Assembly: GCA_002269645.1 (NCBI GenBank)
Contig: NIVC01000768.1
Location: forward strand, 62,001 to 126,000
From: Macrostomum lignano
Taxonomy: Eukaryota
DNA: 64,000 nucleotides
Reading direction: 5' to 3'
The translations under genes and the position numbers were made by a program. Each line of letters opens with the position of its first letter. The first letter of the stretch is position 1. Under the pieces are notes generated by a model. The model saw nothing but the letters and a program-made list of their open reading frames with translations, ran no database searches and had not been told where the DNA came from. Positions 1 to 18,541 of this stretch are shown one piece after another.

Positions 1-468
<468 letters not shown>

Positions 469-483
469 TAGCAGGAGACCAAC

Positions 484-2763
484 CGGAAACAGCGGCTGGA
501 AGTTGCTGCCAAAGCTGATCACATTGAACAGGCAGCCAGCCGGCAGGGACTTCAGAAACAGCAGCAAGGCCTCGCTAGCGGCTCGAATATTCGCGCCAGA
601 CATGGAGCCGCTCCTGTCAACAACCAGGATGAACTCCTTCTGCCGGCTAGCCGATGAGTCATCAGCGGGCGACATCAGCTTCTCGCCAAGCATGAGTTCG
701 CACTTGAGCACGCAGCCGCGCAGCACAGACTGCTGCTGGCTGGTGGAAACCGGCTGACGCGACACCAGCAGCTGCGGCAGCGGCCCGCTTGGCTCAGCGT
801 AGCGCAGAATAATTTCTAAATCATCGTCGGAGGCATCGCTGTCGCTGTTTAATATTAATTTAAATTTCCGCCCGGGCTCCAGCCAATCAACTCGGGCTTG
901 GGCGCATTCGACAGACTGGGCCGGGGCTTGGTCGGTCAGGCTGACCTCGATGCTCAGGCGGCCGCTCAGCCAGCCGGAGCTGCCGCCGCCGCTACCGCCG
1001 GCTGCAGACTGCGGTTCGACAAGCATTTCTGGCCTTGTTGGCGGCTGCACATTCGGCTTGCCGACCTCCTGGCGTTGTTTAAGCAATATGAGCTTTTTTA
1101 AATAAGGCATTAGGAGTTTTTATAATTGAAATATCGTTTGAAAAAGCCGCCACTGAAGTATCAGGGAGAAGGGCAAGCAGTGGGTACTGAAGGATCAGGG
1201 AAAAGGACTAGCAGCGGATACTGAAGGATCAGGGGGAGGGCAGCAGTGGATACTGAAGGATCAGGGGAGGGGGGCAGCAGAGGATACTGAAGGATCAGGG
1301 GAGGGCAGCAGTGGATACTGAAGGATCAGGGAGAAGGGAGGACAGCAGCGGATACTGAAGGATCAGGGGAGGGGGGCAGCAGAGGATACTGAAGGATCAG
1401 GGGAGGGGGCAGCAGAGGATACTGAAGGATCAGGGGAGGGGAGGACAGCAGCGGATACTGAAGGATCAGGGGAGGGGGGCAGCAGAGGATACTGAAGGAT
1501 CAGGGGGAGGGCAGCAGTGGATACTGAAGGATCAGGGGAGGGGGGCAGCAGAGGATACTGAAGGATCAGGGGAGGGGAGGACAGCAGAGGATACTGAAGG
1601 ATCAGGGGAGGGCAGCAGAGGATACTGAAGGATCAGGGGAGGGGGCAGCAGAGGATACTGACAGGATCAGGGGAGGGGGACAGCAGAGGATACTGAAGGA
1701 TCAGGGGAGGGGAGGACAGCAGCGGGTACTGAAGGATCAGGGGAGGGGGGCAGCAGAGGATACTGAAGGATCAGGGGAGGGGGACAGCGGAGGATACTGA
1801 AGGATCAGGGGAGAGGGGCAGCAGAGGATACTGAAGGATCAGGGGAGGGGAGGACAGCAGCGGGTACTGAAGGATCAGGGGGAGGGCAGCAGCGGGTACT
1901 GAAGGATTGGGGGACGACAGCAGCGGATACTGAAGGATCAGGGGAGGGGGGCAGCAGAGGATACTGAAGGATCAGGGGGAGGGCAGCAGAGGATACTGAA
2001 GGATCAGGGGAGGGGGGCAGCAGAGGATACTGAAGGATCAGGGGGAGGGCAGCAGAGGATACTGAAGGATCAGGGGAGGGGGGCAGCAGAGGATACTGAA
2101 GGATCAGGGGGAGGGCAGCAGAGGATACTGAAGGATCAGGGGAGGGGAGGACAGCAGAGGATACTGAAGGATTGGGGGAGGGCAGCAGAGGATACTGAAG
2201 GATTAGGGGAGGGCAGCAGCAGCAGCAGCATCAAAGATCGAAGACCCGCTCACCTGTCCAGGCGTATACCTGGGCACCAGTTTCCGCATAATGGTCATCT
2301 TGCACTGGCCAATCTCGGTCTCGTCCAGTTCCAGCAGCGAGGCCATCTTGATAGTCACAGCCGAGCCGGCCTTAACGTTGCCCAAATAGCAGTTGAAAAC
2401 GTCCGATGAGGCGTCGCTTTCGCCGGCCATGGCGGCCGAGAATCCGGCTTGTACAGCCCGCCGAAAAGCCTCGCGAGCCTCCTGTTTGTCGCGAATCTCG
2501 CACTGGATTAGGCGGTCATTCACAGTGGCATCGAATTCGAACAGAGCCGAGGAGTCGTCCTGGGGGAAAGCGAACGATACGTGGCGAGTGTCCTCGACGG
2601 CCCGGCTCTGGTAGGTCAGACAGTAGCGAGCCACGGCCAGGTTGCGGTCTAATTCAATGTTTACGGCGCTTTCGGTGAAGGCAAACGGAGCCTCAGGCGT
2701 GGGAATGTTTGCGCAGCGTAGGCAGTACATTGCGGCTGCATGAAGATTGGAAACCAGTTTCAT
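484..2763 (-). CDS. VWA5A: VIT + von Willebrand factor A domain protein (VWA5A/BCSC-1-like), 3'-truncated by window edge
   Basis: Exon 2763..2254 encodes a VIT domain ([41 protein letters not shown]) and ends CAG|GTGAGC. Exon 1068..484 follows CCAG| and is open throughout, with the MIDAS motif [15 protein letters not shown] and [21 protein letters not shown], ending CCG|GTTGGT. The phase-0 join is consistent. The start could instead be the ATG of MYCLR. Confidence 0.8.
1155..2205. repeat. ~33-bp G-rich minisatellite (GGATACTGAAGGATCAGGGGAGGGGGCAGCAGA) in VWA5A-like intron 1
   Basis: About 30 copies with variable G-run lengths. Confidence 0.97.
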
Positions 2764-2789
2764 AAATACAGGTAATTGTCTCTGTAACC

Positions 2790-3635
2790 TACTGGTGGAC
2801 AGGTGTCTGTCTATAATAAGCTACTGGTGGACAGGTGTCCGTCTATAATAACCTACTGGTGGACAGGTGTCCGTCTAAAATAACCTACTGGTGGACAGGT
2901 GTCTGTCTATAATAACCTACTGGTGGACAGGTGTCCGTCTATAATAACCTACTGGTGGACAGATGTTCTGTCTATAATAAGCTACTGGTGGACAGGTGTC
3001 TGTCTGTAATAAGCTACTGGTGGACAGGTGTTCTGTCTATAATAAGCTACTGGTGGACAGGTGTCTGTCTATAATAAGCTACTGGTGGACAGGTGTCTGT
3101 CTATAATAACCTACTGGTGGACAGGTGTCCGTCTATAATAAGCTACTGGTGGACAGGTGTCTGTCTATAATAAGCTACTGGTGGACAGGTGTTCTGTCTA
3201 TAATAAGCTACTGGTGGACAGGTGTCTGTCTATAATAACCTACTGGTGGACAGGTGTCCGTCTATAATAAGCTACTGGTGGACAGGTGTCTGTCTATAAT
3301 AAGCTACTGGTGGACAGGTGTTCTGTCTATAATAAGCTACTGGTGGACAGGTGTCTGTCTATAATAACCTACTGGTGGACAGGTGTCTGTCTTTAATAAC
3401 CTACTGGTGGACAGGTGTCCGTCTAAAATAAGCTACTGGTGGACAGGTGTGTCTATAATAAGCTACTGGTGGACAGGTGTTCTGTCTATAATAAGCTACT
3501 GGTGGACAGGTGTCCGTCTATAATAACCTACTGGTGGACAGGTGTCTGTCTATAATAACCTACTGGTGGACAGGTGTCTGTCTATAATAAGCTACTGGTG
3601 GACAGGTGTCTGTCTATAATAACCTACTGATGGAC
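2790..3635. repeat. 32-33-bp minisatellite (CTACTGGTGGACAGGTGTCTGTCTATAATAAG) between MSH2 and VWA5A-like
   Basis: Direct inspection, about 26 copies. Confidence 0.97.
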
Positions 3636-4155
3636 ACTTAGCTATTTGTTAATCTACTACTACTACTTCTTTTACTACTACTACTAATACTAAAAAAGTA
3701 GGCGATCTACTACTATAAAAAGTAGGCGATCTACTACTATAAAAGTAGCTAGATAGATGCTAAACAAAAAACCAATACAAAAGAAAATACAAAGAAACTG
3801 CCGTCAACCAGAACGGGTTTATTAAATTTGTTATAAAAATATGAAAGGGCCTGATCCGTTTCCTTCATTCGAAAGCTTTAATTTCTTGTTTCACTATAAT
3901 GAAGAGTTCGATTAATAAATGCACAAAAATGCACAAATTTATGGGGAAAATGCTTTTCTAAATCAATTTTAACAGTTTCAGAAGTTCGGGTTCAGGGGTA
4001 GGTTATGAGATCCACTGGTGACGCAAAATATGCGAGAACTGCACCAAAATAGTAAAACTGCTTTGAGATCAAATCACACTACTTATTAATTGTTGATCAG
4101 TAGTCAGTGACGATAAAAACTGATATCCAAAGCCAAGCCCCCATTGCCCCCATTA

Positions 4156-11081
<6,926 letters not shown>

Positions 11082-11271
11082 GCTTGACAAGCTGGCGGCA
11101 TGAAATTTAGTGCAATTCAGTGCAAATATATGAGATTGTCTCTCACCTCTTTACTGCATGCTTATTGTAAATCATAACTTAGGCTTGCTTTAAACCAATG
11201 AAAGCACTATTTTATACATTTTTCGACACGACAAACAGTCAACAGTCGATGAAAACAAAAACTGTTGAATT

Positions 11272-12620
11272 CCACAATCTCAAAAGCTTCACTTCACAAT
11301 CTCAAAAGCTTCACTTTACAATCTCAAAAGCTTCACTTCACAATCTCAAAAGCTTCACTTCACAATCTCAAAAGCTTCACTTCACAATCTCAAAAGCTTC
11401 ACTTTACAATCTCGAAGCTTCACTTCACAATCTCGATTCCTCGAAGCTTCACTTCAAAATCTCGAAGCTTCACTTCACAATCTCGAAGCTTCACTTCACA
11501 ATCTCGAAGCTTCACTTCACAATCTCAAAAGCTTCACTTCACAATCTCGAAGCTTCATTTCACAATCTCGAAGCTTCACTTCACAATCTCGAAGCTTCAT
11601 TTCACAATCTCGAAGCTTCACTTCACAATCTCAAAAGCTTCACTTTACAATCTCGAAGCTTCACTTCACAATCTCGATTCCTCGAAGCTTCACTTCAAAA
11701 TCTCGAAGCTTCACTTCACAATCTCGAAGCTTCACTTCACAATCTCGAAGCTTCACTTCACAATCTCAAAAGCTTCACTTCACAATCTCGAAGCTTCATT
11801 TCACAATCTCAAAAGCTTCACTTCACAATCTCAAAAGCTTCACTTCACAATCTCAAAAGCTTCACTTCACAATCTCAAAAGCTTCACTTCACAATCTCAA
11901 AAGCTTCACTTCACAATCTCAAAAGCTTCACTTCACAATCTCAAAAGCTTCACTTCACAATCTCAAAAGCTTCACTTCACAATCTCAGAAGCTTCACTTC
12001 ACAATCTCAAAAGCTTCACTTCACAATCTCAAAAGCTTCACTTTACAATCTCAAAAGCTTCACTTCACAATCTCAAAAGCTTCACTTCACAATCTCAAAA
12101 GCTTCACTTCACAATCTCAAAAGCTTCACTTCACAATCTCAAAAGCTTCACTTCACAATCTCAGAAGCTTCACTTCACAATCTCAAAAGCTTCACTTCAC
12201 AATCTCAAAAGCTTCACTTCACAATCTCGAATCTTCACTTCAAAATCCCAAAGCTTCACTTCACAATCTCAAAAGCTTCACTTCACAATCTCAAAAGCTT
12301 CACTTCACAATCTCGAAGCTTCATTTCACAATCTCGAAGCTTCACTTCACAATCTCGAAGCTTCATTTCACAATCTCGAAGCTTCACTTCACAATCTCGA
12401 AGCTTCACTTCACAATCTCGAAGCTTCATTTCACAATCTCGAAAAAGTCGAAACTTCACTTCAGTCTCCACAAGCTCAAAGCTTCACTTAACTAGCTCGA
12501 AATTTCACTCAACAAGCTTGAAACTTCACTTTACAATCTCGAAGCTTCACTCAACAAGCTGGAATCTTCACTTTACAATCTCGGAGCTTCACTCAACAAG
12601 CTGTAAACTTCACAAGCTTG
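11272..12620. repeat. 21/22-bp minisatellite (CACAATCTCAAAAGCTTCACTT) between CTNNBL1 and MSH2
   Basis: About 55 copies with a degenerate right end; explains the spurious 478-aa and 408-aa ORFs. Confidence 0.97.
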
Positions 12621-13099
12621 AAACTAAGTCCTGAAAATTAAACAATTACAGTAAATGAATGAAACGGAAATAAGATCACACGCATATACGATTGAACAAT
12701 GAACATAGAATCATATACTACTATTAGTATCGATCAGTGCTACATTTACTTATTAAGCGCATTATATGAAAAACAGGCCATTATAACTATAGAGCGGACA
12801 AGCACATGATGAATACAGGCTACAATTAGTCCGACTCTGTAACCGACTGTCCCTTCAATATATGCATCAGGTATAATACAAAAGCATGTCAAAGCAGGCT
12901 GACAAAAACTAAAAAAAACTGAAGCGGCACAAAAAGTGACTATTGTGTTTTTTAACAGTGTAATTTGTTTTTTTATATTCCGAAGTTTGTAAAGAAATCT
13001 AAGAGCCCGTTTATAAGTTGAAAACTTATTAACCCATGAGATTTAGCTGACTTTCCTGTGTCCAATGTCTGAATCGGATTTCGAGCACTATTACGAGTA

Positions 13100-13800
13100 A
13101 TAACATCCTTAACAGCACTATTAACAGCATCCTTAGCGGCACTATTAACAGCATCCTTAACAGCACTATTAACAGCATCCTTAACAGCACTATTAACAGC
13201 ATCCTTAACAGCACTATTAACAGCATCCTTGACAGCACTATTAACAGCATCCTTAACAGCACTATTAACAGCATCCTTGACAGCACTATTAACAGCATCC
13301 TTAACAGCACTATTAACAGCATCCTTAACAGCACTATTAACAGCATTCTTGACAGCACTATTAACAGCATCCTTAACAGCACTATTAACAGCATCCTTGA
13401 CAGCACTATTAACAGCATCCTTAACAGCACTATTAACAGCATCCTTAACAGCACTATTAACAGCATCCTTGACAGCACTATTAACAGCATCCTTAGCGGC
13501 ACTATTAACAGCATTTTTGACAGCACTATTAACAGCATCCTTAACAGCACTATTAACAGCATCCTTAACAGCACTATTAACAGCATCCTTAACAGCACTA
13601 TTAACAGCATTCTTGACAGCACTATTAACAGCATCCTTAACAGCACTATTAACAGCATCCTTGACAGCACTATTAACAGCATCCTTAACAGCACTATTAA
13701 CAGCATCCTTGACAGCACTATTAACAGCATCCTTAACAGCACTATTAACAGGATTTTTGTAACAGCACTATTAACAGTATCCTTAACAGCACTATTAACA
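13100..13800. repeat. 24-bp (12+12) minisatellite (TTAACAGCACTATTAACAGCATCC) downstream of CTNNBL1
   Basis: Direct inspection. Confidence 0.97.
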
Positions 13801-13924
13801 GCATCATGAGCCTTAGAATTCCACCTGTCTATATGCTGTTATGAAGAACCTCTAACCATATAGGAAAAATAACCCTAAAGAAGCGCACTCCAGTCCATCT
13901 GACAGTAGTCCTTGGCAGTGAAAT

Positions 13925-16900
13925 TCACTCGGCCAATCCGAATCGTTCTTTAAACACGGCCAGCAGCGGCTCCAGCCGGGCCTTCTCCTCTGCGTCATCG
14001 CTGTGCGCCAGGTGCTCTTTGACAACTCCGTGCACGGCGGGCAGCGGACTGGATCGCATGTTGAACATCTGGCGGACTGGCCGAACAACGCCAGCATCTG
14101 GCGGCGACATGGCGCACACTTGGAGCAGGATTAGGTCCACCAGCTGCAGGGTGAACAGGCCCATTTCCAGTCTGAGGACAAGTAGGAAAATTAAACACTA
14201 GAATAGCCTGGTGGAGTCATAGGATTTGCTTTAAAAAGATGATACTAAATTGGCTTGTCATATTTTTTTCAAATCTCACTAATCTTTTCAACAAGTATGA
14301 TTGCCTTATCAAGACAGGTAATTTTGTAATCCCCTACAGATAAACCGCTAATCTCATAGATAATCTGCTAATCTCCTAAAGAAAATCCGCTTATCTCTTA
14401 CAGAAAATCCGCTAATCTCCTATAGAAAATCCGCTAATCTCCTATAGATAATCTGCTAATCTCCTATAGATGATCAGCTAATCTCCTATAGAAAATCCGC
14501 TAATCTCCTATAGAAAATCCGCTAATCTCCTATAGAAAATCCGCTAATCTCCTATAGAAAATCCGCTTATCTCCTATAGAAAATCCGCTTATCTCCTATA
14601 GAAAATCCGCTAATCTCCTATAGAAAATCCGCTAATCTCCTATAGAAAATCCGCTAATCTCCTATAGAAAATCCGCTAATCTCCTATAGAAAATCCGCTA
14701 ATCTCCTATAGAAAATCCGCTAATCTCCTATAGATGATCTGCTAATCTCCTATAGATGATCAGCTAATCTCCTATACGAGCGTAGATGATCAGTTAATCT
14801 CCTATAGATGATCAGCTAATCTCCTATAGATGATCAGCTAATCTCCTATAGATAATCCGCTAATCTCCTATAGATAATCCGCTTATCTCCTATAGAAAAT
14901 CCGCTAATCTCCTATAGATGATCTGCTAATCTCCTATAGATGATCAGCTAATCTCCTATAGATAATCCGCTAATCTCTTATAGATAATCCGCTTATCTCC
15001 TATAGAAAATCCGCTAATCTCCTATAGATAATCCTATATATAGAGCTCGAGTGAAGCTCGATTGTCTCCTATAGGGATAATTCGCTAATTTCCTATAGAT
15101 AATCCGCTCATCACCTATAGATATAATCCGCTAATCTCCTATAGATGATCTGCTAATCTCCTATGGATAATTCGCTAATCTCCTATCGATAAAATCCACA
15201 AACTACCAACGCCAACAGTGACCCTCTAATCTCAGCAGCGTTAATCCTCTAATTCTTGACAGATTTAATCTGTTAACCAGCCCGCACCGTCTCAGATAGA
15301 CTTCCTCCTCCAGCTCCTCCTCAGTGCTGGCATTCCACAGCTCCGGCTGGCGCCGTTCAGCCAGCAGCCGCCTGTCAGCCGCTTTGACAGAATCACGCCA
15401 TTTGAAATGCAGCTCAGCCAGCCGCTCCATCTTGGCGTGATCGTTCTCAACAAACTTAGCCAGAATCCTAGTCTTGTGCGTAGGCGAATTAGCGCAGTGC
15501 CGCAACAGATTGTGCAATATTGAGCACAGGTGCTCTTCAATCTCTTGTACTGAGAAGCCGCTCTTTTTCGGTTTTGGCGGTCGCATAAACACCGGGAAGA
15601 TGGTTCTTAGGCCGAGAATGTCCACGAATTTTAAGGCGTTATCCGCACCGTCTGGCCCATTCAGTGCGTAGTCCAGCACCTGCGGTGGTTATGTGAGTGA
15701 GTGAGTGAGTGAGTGAGTGAGTGAGTGAGTGAGTCAGTGAGTGAGTGAGTGAGTCAGTGAGTGAGTGAGTCAGTGAGTGAGTGAGTCAGTGAGTCAGTCA
15801 GTGAGTCAGTGAGTGAGTGAGTCAGTCATTCAGTCAGTGAGTCAGTCAGTGAGTCAGTCAGGCTACCTTCAGAGCCGACGGCCTGGCAACCCGCTTCTCC
15901 CTGAGAATCAGATTCATCAATTGCAGCCCTTCGCCTCGCAGGAATCGGTCTTTATTAGCCTTGGCTAGCAGGGCGCTGCACAGACAATTAAAGAGATTCT
16001 CCATCAGCTCGCGCTCCTCAGAATCTGCCGGATCCTGCCGTTTATAATGGGCCAGCTGGTTGAGCAGAATATCAACGCCTTTGAGCTCTCCTAGTAGCAG
16101 ACGATTGGGCTCGGAGCTTTGCAATAGTATGGCCAATAGCTCGCTAGCGTACAGCTTATTGGGACTGAAGCCCCGCTTGCCAATGCGTTTAAGCAAGCAG
16201 GCTAGCAGGCCTTGCTTAGACGCCATCTGCTCCAGGCAGTCCGGTCGGGCCTCGCACAGGTTCTCGATTATGCCTGCGATTGGGGAGAGCAGTGACCAGA
16301 TTGTCAGTCAGAAAGTGGCCAGCTTGTCAGGAAGAGTGACCAGACTGTCAGTCAGAGAGTGACCAGACTGTCAGTCAGAGAGTGACCAGACTGTCAGTCA
16401 GAGAGTGACCAGACTGTCAGTCAGAGAGTGACCAGATTGTCAGTCAGAAAGTGGCCAGCTTGTCAGGAAGAGTGACCAGAGTGTCGGAGAGTGACCAGAT
16501 TGTCAGTCAGATAGTGACCAGATTGTCAGTCAGAGAGTGACCAGATTGTCAGTCAGAGAGTGACCAGACTGTCAGTCAGAGAGTGACCAGATTGTCAGTC
16601 AGATAGTGACCAGATTGTCAGTCAGAGAGTGACCAGACTGTCAGGCAAAGTGACCAGGATTGCTAGTCAGAGAGTGACCAGACTGTCAGTCAGAGAGTGA
16701 CCAGACTGTCAGTCAGAGAGTGACCAGACTGTCAGTCAGAGAGTGACCAGACTGTCAGTCAGAGAGTGACCAGATTGTCAGGCAGAGAGTGACCAGATTG
16801 TCAGTCAGAAAGTGGCCAGCTTGTCAGGAAGAGTGACCAGATTGTCAGTCAGAGAGTGACCAGATTGTCAGTCAGAGAGTGACCAGATTGTCAGTCAGAT

Positions 16901-17879
16901 AGTGACCAGATTGTCAGTCAGAGAGTGACCAGACTGTCAGGCAAAGTGACCAGGATTGCTAGTCAGAGAGTGACCAGTACAGACTGTCAGGGTGACCAGC
17001 TCGTCATTCAACAGAGTCAACAGACGTTTAGCTTAGCTGAACAAGTGAAACAGATCCCAGTGAAGGAGGATTAGCCATACGAGCTAAAATTCTCCAAATA
17101 ACACAAGCAGAGCAACATCACTAACCAAAAGACGAATGCACTCCGTCAGCCTCCTCCTTGATAGTCTCATCCAGACGGTCAAGATTCTGCACCAGCATCA
17201 TGACCAGCTGGGCATCCATCAGTTTGGCAATCAGCTGTTCAGTATCGTCCGGATTCTCGGCCAATACATCAGTGTCTGTCATCTCTTCTATTAGATCAAT
17301 GACAGCAATAGAAATGTCGGTGTTCTCGTGCAGCACCAACTGCAGCAGGGTGTCCAGTACAGGCAGTTCGCACAGCACAGGATAAGCGGCTGGCACAGTG
17401 GGCAAGGTGTGCAGCTCCTGCAGAGCTGAGTGCAGTTCAACCTCGGACTCCATGAACTTCTCCGGATTATCCGAATATTTCACTCGAAGTTCGGCATTCC
17501 TAGCCGCTCGCTTCTCCAGTTGAAGCATCAGCAGGCGCATCCCGGACACGCTGTCAGCCTTTGACGGCTTGGAAGCGTCGGCATCGTCGCTGTCGACTTT
17601 CGCGTCATCGCCCTCCGCATTGTCGTCGGCTTCGAGGGCGCGCAGGACGGCCTCTTTATTAAGGCCAGCTGGCTGCTGCGGCGCCGATGCAGAGGGCGGC
17701 ACTCGAGATGATCGAGCGACGCCAGCGCCGGTACCCGACGCTGAGGCCGAGGCGGCGGCGGCGGCAACGGCCAGACGAGCTCGCTTCCGCTCCACGTAGC
17801 CTGTGTCCGTGTTGTCCGAGAAACGCGTCCGGCGCTGGCCGGGCGTGGCCGGCTTGTAGGACAGAACCTCGGTGATGTC
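13925..17879 (-). CDS. CTNNBL1: Beta-catenin-like protein 1 (Prp19 complex spliceosome subunit), 4 exons, ~600 aa, no in-frame genomic ATG at its 5' end
   Basis: Exons 17879..17126, 16273..15867, 15679..15288, 14171..13925 are frame-consistent. Motifs: DITEVLSYKP, KNAELRVKYSDNPEKFMESEVELH, HENTDISIAVIDLIEEMTD, NKLYASELLAILLQ, LAHYKRQDP, FLRGEGLQLMNLILREK, KFVENDHAKMERLAELHFK, YLRRLEMGLFTLQ. Confidence 0.95.
14330..15190. repeat. 22-bp minisatellite (AATCCGCTAATCTCCTATAGAA) in CTNNBL1 intron 3
   Basis: Direct inspection; same core as the MSH2 intron 2 array. Confidence 0.96.
15694..15860. repeat. (GTGA)n/(GTCA)n microsatellite filling CTNNBL1 intron 2
   Basis: Direct inspection. Confidence 0.95.
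16290..16995. repeat. ~23-bp minisatellite (GAGAGTGACCAGATTGTCAGTCA) in CTNNBL1 intron 1
   Basis: Direct inspection. Confidence 0.96.
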
Positions 17880-18009
17880 CTGCAAATGTAAGGGAAATTT
17901 GATATCTCGATTCTCGATGGTAAAGGAATTGGGCCGGAGCCTACACGTAGCTTCAGTTTCAGGCGCCTTGGAATGTTAGCAGTGAGAAGCAGGGTCTGAG
18001 AATTTAGTA

Positions 18010-18280
18010 TCTGGGAGGGTTGTAGCACGGCAACTGAGGATCTGGGAGGGTGGCAGCACGACAACTGAGGATCTGGGAGGGTGGCGGTGGCCCAGCAACT
18101 GAGGATCTGGGAGGCTGGTAGCACAGCAACTGGGGATCTGGGAGGCTGGCGGTGGCCCAGCAACTGAGGATCTGGGAGGCTGGCCCAGCAACTGAGGATC
18201 TGGGAGGCTGGCAGCACAGCAACTGAGGATCTGGGAGACTGGCTGCACAGCAACTGAGGATCTGGGAGGCTGGCGGTGGC
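18010..18280. repeat. ~30-bp minisatellite (CAACTGAGGATCTGGGAGGCTGGCAGCACAG) between ATAD5-like and CTNNBL1
   Basis: Direct inspection. Confidence 0.93.
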
Positions 18281-18307
18281 GTCCATATAATAAAAATGGC
18301 AACTAAA

Positions 18308-18313
18308 TTTATT
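18308..18313 (-). terminator. Putative polyadenylation signal AATAAA of the ATAD5-like gene
   Basis: TTTATT on the + strand, about 230 nt after the ATAD5-like stop, in AT-rich sequence. Confidence 0.5.
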
Positions 18314-18541
18314 TTAAATCTTTTAAAATATCAAACGACGATTAAAAAAAGTATTTTTTGTACTGTCCAAAATTTCAACTAACGAAGGCGTTAATAAATA
18401 AATTAATATACATATAAGTAGTAATAACACACATCCATAAATGCACATTGCGTCAATTGTTAAATTGATGTAAATTTAGTTAACAGAAAACACAGATTGC
18501 CAAAAAATGAGCACACATAAAATGCATCTAGCGAACGGTAT

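Noticed and set aside
11198-12634. 478-aa and 408-aa ORFs
   Set aside because: Translations of a 21/22-bp tandem repeat that lacks stops; no coding signature.
13029-13762. Hydrophobic LLRMLLIV / LTALLTAS ORFs
   Set aside because: Translations of a 24-bp non-coding array on both strands.
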